From: Gemmatimonadota bacterium
Lineage (GTDB): Bacteria > Gemmatimonadota > Gemmatimonadetes > Gemmatimonadales > Gemmatimonadaceae
Length of the DNA: 62,918 nucleotides
Direction: 5' to 3'
Assembly: GCA_040389905.1 (NCBI GenBank)
Contig: JAZJZK010000012.1
Location: forward strand, 1 to 62,918
The position numbers were made by a program, and so were the translations under genes. The notes beneath the pieces were generated by a model. That model worked only from the letters and a program-made list of their open reading frames with translations. It made no database searches and was not told where the DNA came from. Positions 56,011 through 62,918 of the stretch are shown here, piece by piece (within the stretch, counting starts at the first letter, position 1; each line of letters starts with the position of its first letter).

Positions 56011-57018
56011 ATGGCCGCCAAGAAAAAGTCCGAAACTGAAACAAAACCCGACGCGGGCCGCGATCTCGAGCTGCTTCACTCGATGCTGCTCCAGCGCCGC
56101 TTCGAAGAGCGTTGCGCCGAAGCCTACGCGCTCGGCAAGGTCGGCGGGTTTTGCCACTTGTACATCGGCCAGGAAGCGGTGAGCACAGGTTCCCTGAGCA
56201 TGCTGCGCGCCGATGACTACGTCATCACGACGTATCGCGACCACGGCCCGGCTCTCGCTCGCGGTATGACACCGCGCAGCGTGATGGCCGAACTGTTCGG
56301 TCGCCAGGATGGATGCGCGCGCGGCAAGGGCGGCTCGATGCATATGTTCGACGCCAATCTCAACTTTCTCGGCGGCCACGGCATCGTTGGCGGGCACGTG
56401 CCCCTCGCCGCCGGCGTCGGCTTCGCGATCAAGTATCGCGGCGGCGATCAGTGCATCATCTGCTTCATGGGCGAGTCCGTCGTGAACACCGGCGCCTTCC
56501 ACGAAGCGCTGAACATGGCTGCGCTCTGGAAGCTTCCGTGCGTGTTCATTATCGAGAACAACCGCTATGGAATGGGCACGGCACTCGAGCGTGCGTCGGC
56601 CATCCATGATATCTATGAGCGCGGCGCCGCCTACAACATGGCGCGGCAGCAGTGCGACGGGCAGGACGTCTTTGCGGTGCGCGAGGCGGTTGGTGAGGCA
56701 GTGGAACGCGCGCGAAAGGTTCAGTCGCCCACCCTGCTCGAGATCCGTACGTATCGCTTCATGGGCCACTCGATGTCCGACGCGGTGAGCGGCACCTATC
56801 GCACGAAGACCGAGCTGGAAGAGTACATGAAGCGCGACCCGATCACGCTGCTCCGCAACAAGATGGAGAAGGACGGCACGCTGACCGAGGAACAGCTCCA
56901 GAAGATGGACACCGACATCAAGGCCGTTGTGCAGGATGCCTGGGATTTCGCCGATGCCTCGCCCGAGCTTCCGCTCGAAGCGCTCTATGAAGACGTCTAC
57001 GTCGACACCACAACCTGA
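56011..57018 (+). CDS. pdhA: Pyruvate dehydrogenase E1 alpha
   Basis: GFCHLYIGQEA, TYRDH, GKGGSMH, GES-x26-NN, RFMGHSMSD. Confidence 0.96.
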   Translation: MAAKKKSETETKPDAGRDLELLHSMLLQRRFEERCAEAYALGKVGGFCHLYIGQEAVSTGSLSMLRADDYVITTYRDHGPALARGMTPRSVMAELFGRQDGCARGKGGSMHMFDANLNFLGGHGIVGGHVPLAAGVGFAIKYRGGDQCIICFMGESVVNTGAFHEALNMAALWKLPCVFIIENNRYGMGTALERASAIHDIYERGAAYNMARQQCDGQDVFAVREAVGEAVERARKVQSPTLLEIRTYRFMGHSMSDAVSGTYRTKTELEEYMKRDPITLLRNKMEKDGTLTEEQLQKMDTDIKAVVQDAWDFADASPELPLEALYEDVYVDTTT

Positions 57019-57021
57019 CCC

Positions 57022-58002
57022 ATGCCTGTCATCACATATAGAGACGCGCTCGGCGCGGCGATTCGCGAAGAAATGCAGCGCGACGATCGCGTCTTCCTCA
57101 TGGGTGAGGAGGTCGCCGTCTATCAGGGTGCGTACAAGGTGTCGAAGGGTTTCCTCCAGGAGTTCGGCGAGATGCGTGTCGTGGACACGCCGATCACTGA
57201 GCTGGGTTTCGCCGGTGTCGGCGTCGGTGCCGCGATGGTTGGCCTGCGCCCTGTCATCGAGTTCATGACGTGGAATTTCGCGCTCCTCGCGATCGACCAG
57301 GTCGTGAATGCCGCGGCGAAGATGCTGTACATGTCGGGCGGCCAGTACAAAATCCCCATCGTTTTTCGTGGGCCGAACGGCGCGGCACTCCAGCTCTCTG
57401 CGCAGCACTCGCAGGCCTGGGAGTCGTGGCTCGCTCACATTCCCGGCCTCAAGGTCATCGCGCCAGGCACGCCGTACGATGCCAAGGGCCTGCTCAAGAG
57501 TGCGATCCGCGACGACAACCCCGTGTGTTTCCTCGAAGGTGAGATGCTGTACAACACCAAGGGCGAAGTGCCTGACGAGGAGTACACCATCCCGATCGGC
57601 AAGGCGGATCTCAAGCGCGAAGGCGACCACTGCTCGATCATTACGCACGGCAAGATGGTGCTCGTCGCGATGCAGGCCGCCGATCAGCTCGCGAAGGAAG
57701 GCATTCGCCTCGACGTCGTGGACCTGCGCACCATTCGCCCCATGGATGTCGAAGCGATTACGGCCTCCGTGAACAAGACAAACCGCGCCGTCGTGCTCGA
57801 AGAAGGCTGGGAGGTATGTGGCGTCGGCGCACAGGTGGTGGACTACATCCAGCGCGAGTGCTTCGACAACCTCGATGCACCCGTCGTTCGCGTGCATCAG
57901 GCCGACGTCCCAATGCCGTACACCAAGAGTCTCGAGAAGGCAGCGAAGCCTGACCTTCCCAAGACGATCGCCGCCGTTCGTAAAGTCATGTATCTCGACT
58001 GA
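57022..58002 (+). CDS. pdhB: Pyruvate dehydrogenase E1 beta
   Basis: GEEVAVYQGAYKVS, DTPITE, EFMTWNF, FRGPNG, AQHSQ. Confidence 0.96.
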   Translation: MPVITYRDALGAAIREEMQRDDRVFLMGEEVAVYQGAYKVSKGFLQEFGEMRVVDTPITELGFAGVGVGAAMVGLRPVIEFMTWNFALLAIDQVVNAAAKMLYMSGGQYKIPIVFRGPNGAALQLSAQHSQAWESWLAHIPGLKVIAPGTPYDAKGLLKSAIRDDNPVCFLEGEMLYNTKGEVPDEEYTIPIGKADLKREGDHCSIITHGKMVLVAMQAADQLAKEGIRLDVVDLRTIRPMDVEAITASVNKTNRAVVLEEGWEVCGVGAQVVDYIQRECFDNLDAPVVRVHQADVPMPYTKSLEKAAKPDLPKTIAAVRKVMYLD

Positions 58003-58015
58003 GCCGAGTCAACTA

Positions 58016-59314
58016 ATGGCAACCAAAGTCTTCATGGAAGCGCTTTCCCCCACGATGGAAGAGGGAAAGCTGGTGAAATGGCTCAAGAACGAGGGCGACG
58101 CCGTAAAGTCCGGTGATCCTCTTGGAGAGGTCGAGACCGACAAGGCGATCATGGAGCTCGTCGCCCGCGGCGACGGCGTGCTTCGTAAGCGCATCGTCAA
58201 CGAGGGTGAGGCTGTTCCCGTTGGTACGCTCGTCGGCGTGATTGGAGCGGCCGACGAAGACATCAGCGCGCTGCTTGGCGGTGCCGCGGCTCCTGCGCCT
58301 GCCGCCCCCGCGGCCGCGGCGCCGGCCGCCACACCTCCTGCTGCTCCGTCAGCGGCCGGTCCTTTGCCATCCGCTCCGGCTGCGGTTCCTTCTCCTGCTG
58401 CCGCAACGCCTGCACCAGCGCAGGCTGCGACTCCGAGTGGACCGACGCGCTCATCGCCGCTGGCTCGACGACTGGCGACAGAGCGCGGACTCGATCTCGC
58501 TGCTGTGCAAGGCTCCGGCCCCAACGGCCGTATCATCAAGCGCGACATTGAAGCTGCCGCAACCAGTGCACCGGCAACTGTAGCGACGCAACCATCAAGC
58601 GCGCCCGCGCAGCGGGCCGCCGCGTCGTCCGCCGATTTCAACGATGTTCCGCTCACGCAAATTCGAAAGATCATCGCCAAGCGCCTCGGCGAGTCGATCG
58701 GACCTATCCCGACCTTCTACCTCACCGCAGAACTCGATCTCACGCGCGTCATGGAAATGCGCGCCGCCATGGCGGAGCTCGGATCGGACTTCAAAGTGTC
58801 CGTCAACGACGTACTCCTCAAGGCAATCGCCGTCGCACTCTCACAGCATCCTGAGGTCAACGCGCACTGGGGCGGCGATCATATTCGCTACCACAATCGC
58901 GTGCATCTCGGCATGGCCGTCGCGACGGACGATGGGCTCATCGTGCCAGTCATCTGGGATGCGGACACGAAGCGCATGAGTGAAATCTCGAAGGAGGCGA
59001 AGGAACTCGCCAAGCGCGCCCGTGAGCGAAAGCTCAAGCCGGAAGAGTTCACCGGCTCGACCTTTTCGGTCAGCAACCTCGGCATGTTCGGCATCGATCA
59101 GTTCACGGCCATCATCAATCCGCCCGAGGCGGCGATCATCGCCATTGGTACGAGTGAGGCGAAAATGGTCGTGGTCGACGGCGAGCCAGTCGTCCGGCAG
59201 CGTGTTCGCCTCACGATGAGCTGCGACCACCGGATCATCGACGGCGCCGTCGGTGCGAAATTCCTCCAGACCCTCCGGCGCCTGGTCGAAAACCCGCTCA
59301 TGCTCGTGTACTGA
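58016..59314 (+). CDS. pdhC: Dihydrolipoamide acetyltransferase (E2)
   Basis: LSPTMEEG, lipoyl VETDKA, Pro/Ala linker, SPLARRLA...GSGPNGRI, DHRIIDG. Confidence 0.95.
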   Translation: MATKVFMEALSPTMEEGKLVKWLKNEGDAVKSGDPLGEVETDKAIMELVARGDGVLRKRIVNEGEAVPVGTLVGVIGAADEDISALLGGAAAPAPAAPAAAAPAATPPAAPSAAGPLPSAPAAVPSPAAATPAPAQAATPSGPTRSSPLARRLATERGLDLAAVQGSGPNGRIIKRDIEAAATSAPATVATQPSSAPAQRAAASSADFNDVPLTQIRKIIAKRLGESIGPIPTFYLTAELDLTRVMEMRAAMAELGSDFKVSVNDVLLKAIAVALSQHPEVNAHWGGDHIRYHNRVHLGMAVATDDGLIVPVIWDADTKRMSEISKEAKELAKRARERKLKPEEFTGSTFSVSNLGMFGIDQFTAIINPPEAAIIAIGTSEAKMVVVDGEPVVRQRVRLTMSCDHRIIDGAVGAKFLQTLRRLVENPLMLVY

Positions 59315-60165
59315 TGACCGAGACCGGCGCGCCGGTCACCTGTTCCAATTGCGGATCCGCGCAGGTTCGTGTGTACTGCGCGGAGTGCGGAGAAAGACAG
59401 CCCACGCGTCGCGATTTTACCGCGACGGCGCTTGCCGCCGAGGCAGCGAGCGAGTTCGCGAGCGTCGACGGACGGTTGTGGCGAAGCGTCGTCGCACTGC
59501 TCACCAAGCCCGGATTCCTCACCCAGGAGTACTTCGCGGGCCGCCGCACGCGTTTCATGCGGCCTTTCTCGCTCTTCGTCATGCTGAACGTCGCGTTCTT
59601 CTTTTTCCAGCCATACACGGGGCTGTTTCACTATACGTACGCCCAATACGTCGATACGGACGGCCGGCGAGCAATGGCCACCGAACGTCGGCAAAAACTG
59701 CATCTGACCGAGGTCACCTTCGCGCGCCGCTTCGATCAGAAGTTGGATGACCAGAAGAAGAGCATTCTGCTGGTCGCCATTCCTGTCTTTGCGATCGTCC
59801 TCACGATGCTCTACGCGCGGTCAGGCCGTACCTTTGTCGAACACCTCGTGTTCTCGGTGCATAGCTACGCATTCATGGTGTTTTATCTGCTTGCGGTCGG
59901 TACTGCGGGCTTTGTCTCGCTTGCCTGGCTCGTTCAACTGGTACACGCCCCGCAGCCGGTGCTCCAGTTTCTGTATAGCGAACTGGCGCTGATGATCGCG
60001 ATTGGCATTGGGATGGTCTGGTACCTCAAGACCGCGATGCGGCGCTACTACGGATCCGGCCGCGCCGTCTCGTTCGCGCGCGCTTTGGTATTGTTCTTTT
60101 TGCAGGGCTTCCTCATCGCCACGTTTCACACCGCGCTGTTCCACACCGTGCTCCTTTCGCTCTAG
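59314..60165 (+). CDS. DUF3667 domain membrane protein
   Basis: CSNCG...YCAECGE Zn ribbon, DGRLWRS, KPGFLTQEYFAGRR, EHLVFSVH. Confidence 0.85.
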   Translation: MTETGAPVTCSNCGSAQVRVYCAECGERQPTRRDFTATALAAEAASEFASVDGRLWRSVVALLTKPGFLTQEYFAGRRTRFMRPFSLFVMLNVAFFFFQPYTGLFHYTYAQYVDTDGRRAMATERRQKLHLTEVTFARRFDQKLDDQKKSILLVAIPVFAIVLTMLYARSGRTFVEHLVFSVHSYAFMVFYLLAVGTAGFVSLAWLVQLVHAPQPVLQFLYSELALMIAIGIGMVWYLKTAMRRYYGSGRAVSFARALVLFFLQGFLIATFHTALFHTVLLSL

Positions 60166-60171
60166 ACTCTC

Positions 60172-61575
60172 ATGGCTTCCTTCGACGTGATCTTCCTCGG
60201 CGGCGGGCCCGCCGGATATGTCGGCGCAATTCGTTGCGCCCAACTCGGCCTCTCCGTTGCCGTCATCGAGCGCGAGGGCCTCGGTGGAACCTGCGTATTG
60301 TGGGGCTGCATTCCCGCGAAGGCGCTGCTCGAAGCGGCATCCTACGCCGAGAAAACGAAAAAGGCCAAGGACTTCGGCGTCGAGCTCGGTGAGGTGAAGT
60401 TGGACTTCGGCGTCGCGATGAAGCGCTCACGCGGTGTGAGCAACCAGAACTCCAAGGGAGTGGAGTTCCTCTTCAAGAAGAACAAGATCACCTGGATCAG
60501 GGGCACGGCGAAGCTCGCTGGCAAGAACGCTGTTTCCGTGAAGACAGCAGACGGCAAGGACGAAAAGCACGACGCGACGAAGGCGGTCGTCATTTCCACC
60601 GGTTCACGCGTCAAGGGACTTCCGCAGATCGGCCTCGCGCTGAACAAGACGACCGTCATTTCCTCGGACGAGGCCCTGATCCTCGAGAAGGCGCCGACGT
60701 CCATCACGATCGTTGGCGCCGGCGCCGTTGGTTGCGAGTTCGCCGACGTGTTTGCGGCATTCGGATCGCGAGTGACGATCGTCGAGGTGATGCCGAATAT
60801 CCTCCCCGTCGAGGACGAGGACTGCTCGAAGGAAGTCCAGCGTGCGTTCAAGAAGCGCAAGATCGACGTTCTCACAGGCGCGAAGATTTCCGGCGTGAAG
60901 GTCGCGAAGGACTCCGTGAGCATGACGGTAGAGTCGGGCGGCGCGAAGAAGGAGATCGTCTCCGATGTCGTGCTCGTCGCCGCTGGGCGCGCCCCGAACA
61001 TCGAGGACATTGGGCTCAAGGAGCAGGGCGTTCAGCTCACCGACCGTGGCTTCATCAAGATCAACGAGATGATGGCTACATCGGTTGCGGGCATCTATGC
61101 CATTGGCGACGTGGCCGGCCCGCCGATGCTCGCCCATAAGGGTGAGCGCGAGGGCGTCATCCTCGCGGAGGTGCTGGCGGGCCATCATGCGCAGGTCCTC
61201 GACTACTCCAACATTCCCGGGGCCACCTACTGCCATCCCGAGGTCGCGTCCGTCGGCCTCACGGAGCAGCAGTGCAAGGACCAGAAGCTCGAGTACCAGG
61301 TTGGAAAGTTCCCCTTCTCCGCAAATGGCCGCGCGCGCACGTCTGGCGAGACGGACGGCTTCGTCAAGATCATCCGCGGCAAGAACTACGGTGAGATTCT
61401 CGGAGCGCACATCGTCGGCGCCAGTGCGACGGAGATGATTCACGAGCTCGTCGTGGCGCGGACGAACGAGTACACCGTCGAGGAAGTCGATCTTGCAATC
61501 CACGCGCATCCGACGCTTTCCGAGGCGATCGCCGAGGCGGCGTTGGACTCGCTTGGAAAGATGATCCACGCGTAG
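60172..61575 (+). CDS. lpdA: Dihydrolipoamide dehydrogenase (E3)
   Basis: GGGPAGY, GGTCVLWGCIPAK, GAGAVGCE, HAHPTLSE. Confidence 0.96.
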   Translation: MASFDVIFLGGGPAGYVGAIRCAQLGLSVAVIEREGLGGTCVLWGCIPAKALLEAASYAEKTKKAKDFGVELGEVKLDFGVAMKRSRGVSNQNSKGVEFLFKKNKITWIRGTAKLAGKNAVSVKTADGKDEKHDATKAVVISTGSRVKGLPQIGLALNKTTVISSDEALILEKAPTSITIVGAGAVGCEFADVFAAFGSRVTIVEVMPNILPVEDEDCSKEVQRAFKKRKIDVLTGAKISGVKVAKDSVSMTVESGGAKKEIVSDVVLVAAGRAPNIEDIGLKEQGVQLTDRGFIKINEMMATSVAGIYAIGDVAGPPMLAHKGEREGVILAEVLAGHHAQVLDYSNIPGATYCHPEVASVGLTEQQCKDQKLEYQVGKFPFSANGRARTSGETDGFVKIIRGKNYGEILGAHIVGASATEMIHELVVARTNEYTVEEVDLAIHAHPTLSEAIAEAALDSLGKMIHA

Positions 61576-61576
61576 T

Positions 61577-62365
61577 TTGGAGCGGATCGCCCTGAATGTC
61601 ATCCCGAGCGGTCGACATCTCCTTGTTTGCGACCTGGGTACTATGCCATACACGCAGGCGCTCGCCCTTCAGCGCGCCGTCGCTCGCGCGCGCATCTCCG
61701 GTGCGTTCCGTGAGGATCTTCTGCTCCTCGTGGAGCATCCCCCCGTCATCACCACTGGCCGGTCGACGAAGCGTGGCAATCTCCTCGCGTCGCTAGAGAT
61801 GCTGGCAGCGCGTGGTGTGGAACTTCACGATGTGGAGCGCGGAGGTGACGTCACCTTCCATGGACCGGGGCAGCTGGTCGGGTATCCGATCGTGGATCTC
61901 AAGCGGCACACACTCGATTTGCATTGGTATCTACGTCGCGTCGAGGACGCCATTATTGTTGCGCTCGGCGCCGTCGGCGTAGGTGTAGGCGCGGGCCGCA
62001 GTCCGGGGCAGACCGGGGTGTGGGTCGATGGGCGCAAGATTGCGTCGATTGGCGTGCATGCGCGTGACTGGGTAACGTGGCATGGCTTTGCGCTCAACGT
62101 GACCACGGACCTGTCCTTTTTCGATTTGATGGTGCCCTGCGGTATCGGTGGCGTCCAGATGACCTCTGTTCGGGAGGAGTTGCGTCTGGCGGGGGGCACC
62201 GATGCCCTGTCGCCGGCGAGCGCGGCAGCTTCGGTTGGCTCGGTTACCGACCTCTGGCGCGAGACAGTTGCAGCGGTGGTTTCGGCGTTCTCCGATACGT
62301 TCGGCCTGGAGCCGCTTCCGCTGGACCCGGGTGACCTCCGGAGGGTAGCAGGCACTGATCCGTAG
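61577..62365 (+). CDS. lipB: Lipoyl(octanoyl) transferase
   Basis: EHPPVIT, RGGDVTFHGPGQLVGYP, KIASIG, HGFALN, PCG. TTG start 1 nt after the lpdA stop. Confidence 0.93.
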   Translation: MERIALNVIPSGRHLLVCDLGTMPYTQALALQRAVARARISGAFREDLLLLVEHPPVITTGRSTKRGNLLASLEMLAARGVELHDVERGGDVTFHGPGQLVGYPIVDLKRHTLDLHWYLRRVEDAIIVALGAVGVGVGAGRSPGQTGVWVDGRKIASIGVHARDWVTWHGFALNVTTDLSFFDLMVPCGIGGVQMTSVREELRLAGGTDALSPASAAASVGSVTDLWRETVAAVVSAFSDTFGLEPLPLDPGDLRRVAGTDP

Positions 62366-62466
62366 GTTTAGACTCTAGGTGGCGCTACGCGCGCTTGTAG
62401 CAGCCCCCGGAAGGGTTTTTCGACCCGAGGGTGGTTTCGGGCTCATTACTAGAAATGAGGTGTTCG

Positions 62467-62856
62467 ATGAGGAAGTTTGGTGCAAGAAGGGCCTTCACTT
62501 TCGCTGCGCTGACGGGCTTGGTGGCGCTGGGTGCCTGCAAGGATAAACGTATCAGGAACGTCGATGCCGGCATCACCCGCGACTCGTTGCTCACGGTCAT
62601 CGGTAAGGGTGCTCCTGGCATCGATTCCGTGCCCAATGTGTACCGGTCGGATCGGTACCTCATTGACGGAAAGATGTACGAGGTGTTCTTCTTTTCCGGT
62701 ACGGGCAGGCACCTGAAGCCGCAGGACAAGGACACGCTACCATGGAAGGATTTGACGCCGATCGCGATGATCGATCGTGTTGTCGTTGGCAAGGACTGGG
62801 TGTACCTCGATAGCCTCTACTCGGCACACAAGATTCCTATAGCCGCGCGGAAGTGA
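62467..62856 (+). CDS. Hypothetical lipoprotein
   Basis: GAGGTG RBS; lipobox LGAC. Confidence 0.7.
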   Translation: MRKFGARRAFTFAALTGLVALGACKDKRIRNVDAGITRDSLLTVIGKGAPGIDSVPNVYRSDRYLIDGKMYEVFFFSGTGRHLKPQDKDTLPWKDLTPIAMIDRVVVGKDWVYLDSLYSAHKIPIAARK

Positions 62857-62918
62857 TCGTGTAGGTCACTTTCTGGGGGCGTGACTGGCAGTTGGAAAAA
62901 GACGATGCGGCGGGACTC

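Noticed and set aside
56002..57897. 631-aa antisense ORF over pdhA/pdhB (also 60604-61653, 54907-55971)
   Set aside because: Shadow ORFs opposite conserved genes, expected in GC-rich DNA; no motifs.

Overview
A GC-rich bacterial chromosome segment, most likely from Gemmatimonadota. That assignment is inferred from the protein types (SusC/SusD-like pair, ADOP permease, DUF4159, DUF5916, Gly-rich S9 peptidases); no rRNA marker is present. In order, the window holds: a SusC/SusD-like locus with two exported phosphoesterases; an MFS transporter; an M20 peptidase; an orphan O-carbamoyltransferase; a sugar nucleotidyltransferase and cupin; a LytS/LytTR module divergent from an ABC exporter; an S9 peptidase; the F0+delta half of the ATP synthase operon (no atpAGDC); a BsuPI-type lipoprotein; a D-aminoacylase; Ku plus a ligase-only LigD; two paralogous hybrid histidine kinases (MHYT and MASE2 sensors); MoxR; DUF4159; a di-heme peroxidase/MauG-type protein fused to a cupredoxin; a TonB receptor; an ADOP permease; TlpA; DUF5916; an M28 peptidase; a GT2-DUF3108-DHS-like operon; a ThiO-like oxidase; and a lipA-pdhA-pdhB-E2-DUF3667-lpdA-lipB cluster. 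I recognised no tRNA, rRNA, CRISPR array, transposase or prophage. The strongest leads are: (1) a Rex-type operator overlapping the atp promoter, with a ~214-nt four-way-junction RNA candidate just upstream; (2) the di-heme-cupredoxin fusion, whose second-heme ligand position is Phe; (3) several families of small intergenic palindromic repeats, one of which appears to supply the N-terminus of LipB. All family assignments come from motif recognition by eye, not database searches.
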